Shown here one piece after another: positions 16,079-24,785 of a DNA stretch of 34,603 bases. The stretch lies in contig JAJRST010000546.1 in the NCBI GenBank assembly GCA_024278645.1, forward strand, positions 1 to 34,603, read 5' to 3'. This DNA is from a bacterium (GTDB taxonomy: Bacteria > Zhuqueibacterota > Zhuqueibacteria > Residuimicrobiales > Krinioviventaceae). The translations under genes and the position numbers were made by a program. Each line of letters starts with the position of its first letter. Position 1 is the first letter of the stretch. The notes below the pieces were generated by a model. That model was not told the origin of the DNA, ran no database searches, and saw only the letters and a list, made by a program, of their open reading frames with translations.

Positions 16079-17026
16079 ATGCTGCAACGCCGCCCCGGCA
16101 TTGAATTGTTTGTACTGTTTCTTGTCGCTTGTAATCTTATGTTCTCTTCTTCTCTTCTTTCCCAGAAAAATGAAAACCTTACAATGGAACGGGGTTCCTT
16201 CCTTATTCATTTTGCGGCGTCGGACAGCGCTTATGCCAGACAGGCCGGCGACATTCTCGCCAAGGCCTATGAAGAAATCTCTTTCGATCTTGACATTCAA
16301 ACGGATGAAACGTTCAACGTTTATATTATGCCGACCCGCCGCAGCTTTTTGGACGCCCTGGAAGGGAAATTGCCAAAATGGACCGGCGCATTCGCCGTTC
16401 CGTCGCAGCAGCTTATGGTTATAAAATCGCCAAGATGGGACAGAAGCGAGAATTACCGACATACGCTTGTGCACGAGTTGCTGCACCTGCTTGTCCACAA
16501 TTATCTTGGCGTGCGCGATTTGCCTCGTTGGCTCGATGAAGGGATGGCGATTTTCTATTCCGGCGAGGATCGCTGGAAGACGGATGTCGCCGTATCAAAG
16601 GCGCTGGCCACCGGCTCCGTCATTCCCCTGTCCGAAGTGGATGATGTTTTAAAGTATCATAGAGCCAAAGCGGATTTGGCCTACCAACAAAGCTTCTCCG
16701 CCGTGTTTTATTTGTTGACCACTTATGACATCGAGGCCTTGCGGGAGATTATTTACAGCCTCAAAGAGGGCCTCGGCATTGATGAAGCATTTCGCCGGGC
16801 AACGGGAAGCAGTTTCAATGACTTTGAGGAAGAGTGGCGCAACTATATAAGGAGGACGCACAAATGGTTGTGGCTCTATGAAATTGATAATTATGTATGG
16901 GTTTTTATTCTGGCGCTCACTGTGTTTGCCTTTATTCTCCGTCATTTTCACAACAAACGGGTCGAACGCAACTGGCGGAATGATGATCTTTTTGAGCCGT
17001 TGCAGGACGAACCGGATGATCCGTAA
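16079..17026 (+). CDS. Membrane-anchored peptidase MA (HEXXH) family metalloprotease
   Basis: HELLH at 16472-16486, followed by PRWLDEGMAIFYSGE (Peptidase_MA_2-like third ligand region). N-terminal signal/anchor IELFVLFLVACNLMF. C-terminal TM helix YVWVFILALTVFAFIL, then an acidic tail. ATG 16079 avoids overlap; the track start at 16052 is also possible. Confidence 0.7.
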   Translation: MLQRRPGIELFVLFLVACNLMFSSSLLSQKNENLTMERGSFLIHFAASDSAYARQAGDILAKAYEEISFDLDIQTDETFNVYIMPTRRSFLDALEGKLPKWTGAFAVPSQQLMVIKSPRWDRSENYRHTLVHELLHLLVHNYLGVRDLPRWLDEGMAIFYSGEDRWKTDVAVSKALATGSVIPLSEVDDVLKYHRAKADLAYQQSFSAVFYLLTTYDIEALREIIYSLKEGLGIDEAFRRATGSSFNDFEEEWRNYIRRTHKWLWLYEIDNYVWVFILALTVFAFILRHFHNKRVERNWRNDDLFEPLQDEPDDP

Positions 17027-17067
17027 TCTTTTGTTGTGAATTACTGTGTGAATACTTAAATTCAGCA

Positions 17068-17982
17068 ATGAATACCTGGAAGGACAAATTAGAATATAAA
17101 GCGCTTCTTGCTGTTGTCAGAATCGTTCATTCCTTATCGCCCCAGGATGCCGTCAAACTCGGGCGGCGCCTCGGCGACTTTGCCCACTATTTCATTCCCA
17201 TTCGAAAATCGGTGGTTTATGAAAATCTGGCAAATGCCCTGCCTGAAAAATCGTCCAAAGAAAGAAAAAGAATAGCCCGCTTGACGTTTCAGAGTTTCGG
17301 ACAAACATTTATCGAATTTTTACGAAACCCTGTGCGTTCGAGAGAAGAGACGCTCGAACGAGTTGTTTTTCATAACAAGGCGTTGTTGCAGGAGGCGTAC
17401 AATGCCGGCAATGGCGTTTTGTTGATGAGCGGTCATTTTGGCAGTTGGGAGATGATGGCCTGCGCCGTGACCGCTTTGGGATACCCGCTTGTGGTCATTG
17501 CGCGGCCGCAGCGCAACCGGCTGGTCGATGCCCTGATCAATCAATATCGTCAGGCGGCGGGGATTGAAACCGTATCGCTCGGCATGGGCGTGCGCGCCTT
17601 TTTGCGGGCGTTGAGGCAGAATAAATTTGTCGCCATCCTCGCGGATCAGGATGCGCATCGTGAAGGCGTTTTTGTCGACTTTATTGGCTTGCCCTCGTCC
17701 ACCGCTCCCGGGCCGGCCGTATTCGCATTGAAGACCGGAGCTGATATCGTCTTTGTCACCTCCGTCCTTCGGCGTGATGGAAAATATGACGCCTATTTCG
17801 AAAAGATCGAAAGCAAGGATTTGTACGGCGTCACGGATGAAAATATTCGCATCATCACCCAAAGACATGCCAAAAAACTGGAAGAGAAAATACGTCGCTG
17901 GCCGCACCACTGGTTCTGGATGCACAGAAGGTGGAAGACGACCCAGAGAGACGGGCGACGAGTCAATAAAGAGGAAGAATAA
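17068..17982 (+). CDS. Lipid A biosynthesis late acyltransferase (LpxL/LpxM/HtrB family)
   Basis: LLMSGHFGSWEM (the H-x4-D/E catalytic motif of this family), ILADQD, and the C-terminal WPHHWFWMHRRWK typical of Lip_A_acyltrans. Confidence 0.8.
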   Translation: MNTWKDKLEYKALLAVVRIVHSLSPQDAVKLGRRLGDFAHYFIPIRKSVVYENLANALPEKSSKERKRIARLTFQSFGQTFIEFLRNPVRSREETLERVVFHNKALLQEAYNAGNGVLLMSGHFGSWEMMACAVTALGYPLVVIARPQRNRLVDALINQYRQAAGIETVSLGMGVRAFLRALRQNKFVAILADQDAHREGVFVDFIGLPSSTAPGPAVFALKTGADIVFVTSVLRRDGKYDAYFEKIESKDLYGVTDENIRIITQRHAKKLEEKIRRWPHHWFWMHRRWKTTQRDGRRVNKEEE

Positions 17983-17984
17983 AA

Positions 17985-18929
17985 TTGAAGATCAGCGGGT
18001 TTTCATTTGTTCGAAACGGCGTTAAGCTTTATTATCCTGTTGTTGAAGCAATTAAATCCATTCTACCGATCGTGGACGAATTTGTTATAGCCGTAGGCAA
18101 GGGCGATGAGGACGATGACACTCGCGACAGAATCGTCGAAATCGGCGACCCTCGAATTAAGATCATTGATACGGTTTGGGATGAGAAGCATTACAAAGGC
18201 GGCATTGTAAATGCTATCCAGACGGACATTGCCATGAAGTCTTGCACGGGCGACTGGCTTTTTTATCTGCAGGCGGATGAAGTTGTGCATGAAAAAGATT
18301 TGCCGGTGATTGAATCTCGATGCCGGGAATTGTTGGACGATGAAAAGGTGGAGGGTCTGCTTTTTAGGTACAACCACTTTTGGGGCGACTATGAGCACTA
18401 TCACTCCGGTCATGGGTGGTATAAGAACGAGATCAGGATCGTGCGTAATAAACCGGAGATACATTCCTGGCAGAGCGCTCAAAGTTTTCGTCGTTTTGAC
18501 TATTATGATAATCCCAGACAACCCGACGGTCACCATAAACTGCTTGTTGCTCGCGTTGACGCTGAAATCTATCATTATGGCTGGGTGCGCCCTCCGCATT
18601 TTATGCAGAATAAACGACGCTCCCTGGATGCCGTCCACTGGGGGGTGAAAAAGGCGGAGCACTATTATAACAACGCCCCCGCCGAGTTTGACTATGGCCC
18701 GTTAAATTTGCTGAGCCGATTTGAGGGGACGCATCCTCAGGTGATGCAAGATATGATCGCCAAGATGGATTGGAAAGACAAGTTGCAATACTCGGGCCGC
18801 CCCGATCCCGCACGCGAACCGCATAAACACGAAAAGTGGCGCAACAGAATTCTCTCTTTCATCGAACGAACAGTCTTGCACGGAAGGGAGCTTGGAGGCT
18901 TTCATAATTACACGTTGGTGAAAAGATGA
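17985..18929 (+). CDS. Glycosyltransferase (GT-A fold, family 2-like)
   Basis: TTG start with GAGGA RBS. ISGFSFVRNG..YPVVEAIKSILPIVDEFVIAVG and GDWLFYLQADEVVHE (acidic DxD-like motif). Confidence 0.55.
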   Translation: MKISGFSFVRNGVKLYYPVVEAIKSILPIVDEFVIAVGKGDEDDDTRDRIVEIGDPRIKIIDTVWDEKHYKGGIVNAIQTDIAMKSCTGDWLFYLQADEVVHEKDLPVIESRCRELLDDEKVEGLLFRYNHFWGDYEHYHSGHGWYKNEIRIVRNKPEIHSWQSAQSFRRFDYYDNPRQPDGHHKLLVARVDAEIYHYGWVRPPHFMQNKRRSLDAVHWGVKKAEHYYNNAPAEFDYGPLNLLSRFEGTHPQVMQDMIAKMDWKDKLQYSGRPDPAREPHKHEKWRNRILSFIERTVLHGRELGGFHNYTLVKR

Positions 18930-20041
18930 CGTGGAAAATAAACACAACTTTTATTACAACGGTTGACCACAATGTGGGCGATGATTTTGTCCGCGAAGGA
19001 TTAAAATATCTGCTCAAGCGTTGTTTCAAGGGGGCGGCGCTGCACTTTGAAAATATTCACAAGCACTCCCCCATTACGTCCCGTTTTGGCTTTGAAAAGC
19101 GGAAAAACCTGAAAAAAGCGAACAAGATTGACAGAAGAATGCCCTTATGGATGACCAAAGATCGAATTTTACAGGCGGATATTGTTATACAGAGCGGCGC
19201 CCCGGTTTATTGGTGTCATGACGCCGTCAAAAGCCATTGTTATCAAAACGAGTGGTTTTCGCCGCTTATTCGGCGCCGTTTTTTGCGCAACAAGAACGCG
19301 CGCTTGCTGAACCTTGCGGCGGGCTCCTGCCAGACATATTTTTCAGACGGCTCTGAATTCTGCCCCGCCTGCAACGCATATATCCAAGAGTTCTATGATT
19401 TGGCGGCAGTGACAACCCTGCGCGACAAGGTCGCCGCCAATATTTTGCACAACATCGGGCTTCATGCGCCGCTTGTGCCGTGCAGCTCCATTTTTGCTCC
19501 GGACGAATACGGCCTCAAGCGGGGCGAAGGCGATTACGCCGTCGTCAACTACATGCCGCTGGCGGCGCATTATGACTTTGGCCAGAATATTGACGCCAGG
19601 CAATGGCGGGACATTTTTTCGCGGTTTTATTTCGAATTGAAAAAAGAGGAGCGCGTCGTCTTTGCATGTCACGATTTGAATGAAAAAAAAGCCGCCTTGA
19701 GCATCGACCCCAATGCCGACATCTTTTTCGCGGAAAACGACTTTGTCGCCTATATGAAGTTTTACTCGCGCGCGAAATTTGGCGTCATGAATCGCGTCCA
19801 TGGCGCTTTTATGATCGCTGCATTCGGTCGCCCCTCCTTTGTCATTGGCAATGACACGCGAGCGCGCATGGTGGAGGAGATTGGCTTGCAGAGCGCTTTT
19901 GTTCACGATGTCTCTTTTGATCTGTTGATGCAGAAAAAAACGTATTTACAAAAAGGGGGCGATTCCTACCGGGATCGTTTTGCGGCGATAAAAGAAAAGG
20001 CCTACGCGGGTTATTTAAACGCCCTGGCCATTTTGGAATGA
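18926..20041 (+). CDS. Polysaccharide pyruvyl transferase family protein
   Basis: ATGA overlap with the upstream gene. N-terminal NVGDDFVREG and C-terminal NRVHGAFMIAAFGRPSFVIGNDTRARMVEEIGL resemble PS_pyruv_trans. Confidence 0.55.
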   Translation: MTWKINTTFITTVDHNVGDDFVREGLKYLLKRCFKGAALHFENIHKHSPITSRFGFEKRKNLKKANKIDRRMPLWMTKDRILQADIVIQSGAPVYWCHDAVKSHCYQNEWFSPLIRRRFLRNKNARLLNLAAGSCQTYFSDGSEFCPACNAYIQEFYDLAAVTTLRDKVAANILHNIGLHAPLVPCSSIFAPDEYGLKRGEGDYAVVNYMPLAAHYDFGQNIDARQWRDIFSRFYFELKKEERVVFACHDLNEKKAALSIDPNADIFFAENDFVAYMKFYSRAKFGVMNRVHGAFMIAAFGRPSFVIGNDTRARMVEEIGLQSAFVHDVSFDLLMQKKTYLQKGGDSYRDRFAAIKEKAYAGYLNALAILE

Positions 20042-20127
20042 GTTGGTAAAATGCAATGGTTGACTGTATATAAAAAGCTTGGTCATCGTTTTAAAAAACG
20101 GCGTTTCCTGAGCACCTTTGTTCTGGT

Positions 20128-21246
20128 GTGGTTTTTTCACCTCAAAGCCCAGTTAAAAAAAAGAGTCGCCAAATTCATCCCGATACGCTGCTAATAGTTC
20201 GTTTCGATCTCATTGGCGACTATATTTTGTTTCGGAATTTTCTGACGTTCATTCGCAAGAGCGCGGCGTATCAAAATTATCGCATCACCTTGTGCGGCAA
20301 CGTTGTGTTTCGCAATTTGGCGGAAAGCCTGGACGCCGGGTTCGTCGATGACTTTATTTGGGTGGATCGGACGCGCTTTATCAAGGACAAGGCTTACCAT
20401 TACAAGGTGTTGAAAAACATCCACGACCGAGGTTTTGATGTGGTTGTGCAACCGACGTTTTCGCGGGAGATCTACGGAGACCTGCTTGTCAATGCTTCGC
20501 GAGCAAGGCGGCGCATTGGCGTGGACGGCGACTTGACGAATCAATCTGAGGCTCAAAAAAAGATCGCCGACAGCTTTTATACAAAACTCATTCGGGTCGA
20601 ACCGTCTCCCATGTTTGAGTTTTTTCGCAACAGGGAAATTGTGGAAAAGATAATCGAAGAGCCGATTCCCTTGGGGCGGCCGCGTATGGATCTGCCGCAC
20701 GCCGACGCGCCGAGCCTGGTGTCGGGCGAATATGCCGTCCTTGCGCCCGGCGCCAGCCACCGGAGCAAGCAATGGGAAGATTTTCATCGAATCGCCGATT
20801 ACCTCGCCGATCGCTATAATCTCAAAATTGTCCTGGCGGGTCGCGGCAAGCTCAACAGAAAGGCGATCCAAAGAGTTTTGCAAAAATCCACTGCATCCGA
20901 AGTGATCAACTTGTGCGACAGGACATCATTAATGGAGGCCGCATACTTGTTGGCAAGGGCGCGTCTTGTCGTGTCCAATGACACCGCCGCAGTGCATCTG
21001 GCCGCGGTTCTTGGCGTGCGCACGGTGTGCGTTTCCAGCGGCACGCACCTTTTTCGCTTTAACAATTATCCGGAAGATTTTGGCTTTCGCATTCGTTTTA
21101 TTTTTCCCCCGCAGATGGAAGACCTGCGGGCGACGGAGGACTGGAAACAATACTCGGCAGAATACAGCACTCATTTTGACATCAACTCCATTCCGACGAC
21201 GAGAGCCATTTGCGCCATTGACGAGGTGATGAATGTTGACAACTGA
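20128..21246 (+). CDS. Glycosyltransferase family 9 (LPS heptosyltransferase-like); the N-terminus may be frameshifted
   Basis: LLIVRFDLIGDYILFRNFL and SNDTAAVHLAAVLGVRTVCV are GT9 hallmarks. The only in-frame start is GTG 20128. See the finding on ATG 20051 and the A8 tract. Confidence 0.8.
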   Translation: MVFSPQSPVKKKSRQIHPDTLLIVRFDLIGDYILFRNFLTFIRKSAAYQNYRITLCGNVVFRNLAESLDAGFVDDFIWVDRTRFIKDKAYHYKVLKNIHDRGFDVVVQPTFSREIYGDLLVNASRARRRIGVDGDLTNQSEAQKKIADSFYTKLIRVEPSPMFEFFRNREIVEKIIEEPIPLGRPRMDLPHADAPSLVSGEYAVLAPGASHRSKQWEDFHRIADYLADRYNLKIVLAGRGKLNRKAIQRVLQKSTASEVINLCDRTSLMEAAYLLARARLVVSNDTAAVHLAAVLGVRTVCVSSGTHLFRFNNYPEDFGFRIRFIFPPQMEDLRATEDWKQYSAEYSTHFDINSIPTTRAICAIDEVMNVDN

Positions 21247-21994
21247 CGCCCCCACATTTTCGATTGTCACGGTCTGTAAACATGCCGCGTCGGTCATCGA
21301 AAGAACCCTGCTGAGCGTTTTACAGCAATCCCGGCCGTTTATCGAATACATCGTTGTGGACGGCCAGTCGACAGACGGTACGCTCGACGTCATTCACGCC
21401 CACAAGAACGGCATCGCAAAAGTCATTAGCGAAGCGGATGAGGGCATCTATGACGCCATGAACAAAGGCGTGAATGCGGCGACGAATGATTTTATTTTGT
21501 TTCTCAATGCCGGCGACTATTTGATCCACCCTGCCGCCATAGAGAATGTGGCCGCAAAAATCCGGCGAGATGGATTACAGAAAGTTGATGTCCTGCATGC
21601 CAATTTGCTTTTGTATAACCCTTCCGACGGCTCGGGTAGATTGTGGACATCCCCGAAGCAGAGCCGATTGTCGCTTTACTGTGGAAGCTTGCCGCATCCC
21701 TCGACGTTTTCAAGCAAGCAGGCGTTTCAAAAGAACGGTCTGTTTGATAAAAGCTTTCGAGTGGCCGGCGACTATGAGTGGTTTGTTCGAGGGTTTGTAA
21801 AAAACGGTTTGTCGTTTCAACACCTTGATGTTTTGACGACAGTTTTTCTCAATGACGGCGTTTCCACAAGCCGGGAATGGGAAAACGTGCAAAAAGAGGA
21901 GATTGAGCGGCTTCGTCACATGCATTTTTCTTTCACGGAACGCTTGTGGTTGAATATTGGACGATTCCTCCGAAAAAACAAACTTTTAAAATAA
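21233..21994 (+). CDS. Glycosyltransferase family 2 (WcaE-like)
   Basis: FSIVTVCKH...YIVVDGQSTDGT, EADEGIYDAMNKG, LFLNAGD. 14-nt overlap with the upstream gene. Confidence 0.8.
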   Translation: MLTTDAPTFSIVTVCKHAASVIERTLLSVLQQSRPFIEYIVVDGQSTDGTLDVIHAHKNGIAKVISEADEGIYDAMNKGVNAATNDFILFLNAGDYLIHPAAIENVAAKIRRDGLQKVDVLHANLLLYNPSDGSGRLWTSPKQSRLSLYCGSLPHPSTFSSKQAFQKNGLFDKSFRVAGDYEWFVRGFVKNGLSFQHLDVLTTVFLNDGVSTSREWENVQKEEIERLRHMHFSFTERLWLNIGRFLRKNKLLK

Positions 21995-22090
21995 CCCGGC
22001 ATTGGCAAGCAAAGGAAAAACACCGAGCCGTTACGCCTTGCCCTTTCGCAAAAGAGGCAATGCGCTTGCGCAGGGTGAAAGATAAAGTAC

Positions 22091-22936
22091 ATGAAAATAT
22101 CAGTTCTCATCACTGTCCATAATCGTTTTGAATTGCTCAGACGAAATTTGCTGTCGCTGACGCATCAATCCGCACCGCCCCGGGAAGTGGTGATCTCCGA
22201 TGATGGATCGCAAGAAGACATATTGGGTCCTCTCCGGGAAATCGCTTTGCGGACGCCTTTTAAAATGAAATATGTTCGTCAGCAACACAAAGGCTTTCGC
22301 GCCGCCAAGGTGCGCAACAATGCGGCAAACTTTGCCGACGGCGATTTGCTTATTTTTCTCGATCAGGATATTGTCGGAACAAAAGGCTTTCTTGAAACGT
22401 TTAGCATGGGCGCCGCCCCCGGCGAGTTCCGCGTTGCATGGCCCATTCGACTTACGCGACGGCAAACCACCGGTTTGAGCGATGAATTATTGATGAGCGG
22501 CGATTTTCGATCTTTGGTGTCAAAGAAACAGGTGCAGGGGGTTTCCAATCAATTTCGCAAAGATTCATTCTACTCCTGGATGCATTCCCTGCATCTGCGC
22601 AAAACCGGCCCAAAACTGCGGTCGGGACTTTTCTCTGTTTTTCGAGAGGACTATTTTAAAGTCAATGGCTTTGATGAAATGTATCGCGGCTGGGGCAATG
22701 AAGACGACGACCTTGGACGGCGGCTGCACGTTGCCCGTATACGCGGTCGCAACCCATTCTTAACGGAATATCCATTGCATCTCTATCACCCGCCGAACCG
22801 CCGCGGCGATGAACGACCAAACTTGCAGTACTATCGGAAGCGTCTTCCTGAAATTCATAATGGAGATTACCGCTGCCGATACGGCGTTGAAAATCCGTTG
22901 GAAAAAGAAAATTTAAAAAAACTTGAACTGAATTAA
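22091..22936 (+). CDS. Glycosyltransferase family 2 with a galactosyltransferase-type C-terminal motif
   Basis: ISVLITVHNR...VVISDDGSQEDI, LIFLDQDI, GWGNEDDDLGRRL. Confidence 0.8.
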   Translation: MKISVLITVHNRFELLRRNLLSLTHQSAPPREVVISDDGSQEDILGPLREIALRTPFKMKYVRQQHKGFRAAKVRNNAANFADGDLLIFLDQDIVGTKGFLETFSMGAAPGEFRVAWPIRLTRRQTTGLSDELLMSGDFRSLVSKKQVQGVSNQFRKDSFYSWMHSLHLRKTGPKLRSGLFSVFREDYFKVNGFDEMYRGWGNEDDDLGRRLHVARIRGRNPFLTEYPLHLYHPPNRRGDERPNLQYYRKRLPEIHNGDYRCRYGVENPLEKENLKKLELN

Positions 22937-23698
22937 ATGAATAAAATATCTGTCACGATCGTCACGCTAAATGAAGAGCGCAATATCGAGCGCTGTCTCA
23001 AGTCCGTCCAGTGGGCGGATGAAATCGTTATCGTCGATTCCGGCTCGACGGATCGCACGCTGGATATTTGCCGCGATTATGACTGCCATGTCATTAAAAC
23101 GGAGTGGCTCGGCTACGCCCGCACCAAGCAGCTCGCCGTCGACGCCGCTACGCATGATTGGATTTTTTCAATCGACGCCGATGAGGAGGCGACGCCGGAG
23201 CTGGGGGCGACAATCAGGGGAATCGTCAATGGAGACAGCCTTGTAAAGGGCTACAGGATCAAACGATGCTCTTTTTACCTTGGCAAAATGATCAAGCATT
23301 CCGGCTGGAACAAGGATTTTCCGCTTCGGCTCTTTCATCGGGATTTCGGCCGTTTTAATTTGCGGCCCGTGCACGAGGGCGTGGAGGTGAATGGTAAAAT
23401 AGGCTTTATCGAGCAAGTGCTGCTGGATTACACTTTCCCGACGCTTGTGTCGCATATTCGAAAGATAGAACTGTACTCGGAGCTTGGCGCTCTCGAGAAA
23501 AAAGAAAAGGGGCGCAAAGGAGGGGGGTATGTCGCTTTTTTACGTGGCATATACGAATTCATTCGCCTTTATTTCTTCAAGGCGGGGTTTCTGGATGGCC
23601 GCTATGGTCTCATTTTAGCGACCAACTCTGCTTTTGCCGCTTATATGAAATACCTTCTTCTTTGGGAAATGGTCGAGCAGCCGAACAAGCTGTATTAA
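22937..23698 (+). CDS. Glycosyltransferase family 2 (LPS core WaaE/KdtX-like)
   Basis: ISVTIVTLNEERNIERCL..EIVIVDSGSTDRT, IFSIDADEEAT. The start abuts the upstream stop. Confidence 0.8.
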   Translation: MNKISVTIVTLNEERNIERCLKSVQWADEIVIVDSGSTDRTLDICRDYDCHVIKTEWLGYARTKQLAVDAATHDWIFSIDADEEATPELGATIRGIVNGDSLVKGYRIKRCSFYLGKMIKHSGWNKDFPLRLFHRDFGRFNLRPVHEGVEVNGKIGFIEQVLLDYTFPTLVSHIRKIELYSELGALEKKEKGRKGGGYVAFLRGIYEFIRLYFFKAGFLDGRYGLILATNSAFAAYMKYLLLWEMVEQPNKLY

Positions 23699-24714
23699 AG
23701 GCGCAGTTTTTTCACAATATCGCTGTAAAGCCATTGAACATCAATGTCCAACATGCAACGGAAATGACTCTTGGGACATGTCTGCCCCCCATGGGTGCTG
23801 CATGGTCGGCATTCAATATCGATTTGAAAAATCTTGTCATGCGGACGAAACGGGCTGAATCCGAGCCGTTCCACGGTCGGGCCGAAAATGGCGAAAACAT
23901 CCGTCCGTACGGCGTTCGCCATGTGCATCGTGCCGCTGTCGTTGCAGATTAACAGATCGCAGTTTTTGATGACGGCCGCCGCTTCCAGCAGACTGGTTTC
24001 TCCGGCGAGGTTCAGGACGCCGTCGCTGCCGGCGTTTTGCCGGATTCTGTCGCACAACGCTTTTTCGCCGGGGCTGCCAATGAGGACAATGTTGATGTTA
24101 TGTGCCTCGAGTTTTTTGACAAGGTCGACGAAGCGATCTTCCGGCCATCGTTTTGTCGTTCTTACGGAACCGGGGGCAATGGCCACCGTCGGCGCATCCC
24201 GATGTACAGGCGAGAGAAGGCGCCCGGCCTGCTGCAAAATCTGGTCATTAAAAAAGAGTTCCGTCTGGCAGTCAAAGTTGTCATCCTTGAACACTCGCAG
24301 CAGGTCCAGATAGCGTTCAATTTGTCGTTTGCCTTTGTTGAAAAAGACGCGGGTGGACATGAGCCATGCCGCCGACTTGCCGGTAAAGCCGATGCGCCTT
24401 TTTATGCCTCCCGCGATCATTAACCAGGCCGTGGTCATGGAACGATGCGCCGCAAAGCCAAAATCATAGTTGTTATTTCGAATCATGCTCGCCGTCTCGA
24501 TAAAGGCTTTTCGTTTATTCTTTCTTTTGTCAAAGACCATGAGCGAATGAATATACGGATTGTTTTCGAGTACGTTTTTTGTCTGCGGAATGACGAGCAC
24601 ATCGATGCGCGCATCTGGAAAGACCTTTTTTGTCTCGCGAATCAGCGGCGTCGTCAGAATGACGTCGCCGATAAATGCCGTCTGTATGATGAGGATTTTT
24701 TTTTCAGCGTTCAA
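23695..24714 (-). CDS. Glycosyltransferase family 9 (ADP-heptose:LPS heptosyltransferase-like)
   Basis: ILIIQTAFIGDVILTTPLI and CNDSGTMHMANAVRTDVFAIFGPT are GT9 motifs. 339 aa. Confidence 0.85.
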   Translation of the reverse strand: MNAEKKILIIQTAFIGDVILTTPLIRETKKVFPDARIDVLVIPQTKNVLENNPYIHSLMVFDKRKNKRKAFIETASMIRNNNYDFGFAAHRSMTTAWLMIAGGIKRRIGFTGKSAAWLMSTRVFFNKGKRQIERYLDLLRVFKDDNFDCQTELFFNDQILQQAGRLLSPVHRDAPTVAIAPGSVRTTKRWPEDRFVDLVKKLEAHNINIVLIGSPGEKALCDRIRQNAGSDGVLNLAGETSLLEAAAVIKNCDLLICNDSGTMHMANAVRTDVFAIFGPTVERLGFSPFRPHDKIFQIDIECRPCSTHGGQTCPKSHFRCMLDIDVQWLYSDIVKKLRL

Positions 24715-24785
24715 CTGACTTGCCTTGGTTTATGAATTCCGTCTTTTGAGAATTATTTAATTCATCATCCGATTGAATTATTCTT

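Noticed and set aside
8362-17067. The signalling island as a mobile or horizontally acquired element
   Set aside because: There is no integrase, transposase, tRNA target or flanking direct repeats. Local GC content, judged by eye only, varies widely throughout the window, including within housekeeping genes. I cannot claim a compositional island without a computed GC or codon-usage profile.
17320-20883. Antisense ORFs 17320-17925, 18063-18662, 19343-19906 and 20191-20883 (all -)
   Set aside because: Each is fully contained in a + strand transferase gene with clear family motifs. These are shadow ORFs.
24696-24704. T9 (A9 on the coding strand) tract in codons 5-7 of the - strand heptosyltransferase, considered as a phase-variation switch
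   Set aside because: A/T runs of 8 occur repeatedly in ordinary Lys-rich stretches of this window (for example 5937-5944 and 6586-6593 in lpxB). The gene is intact, and nothing distinguishes this tract.
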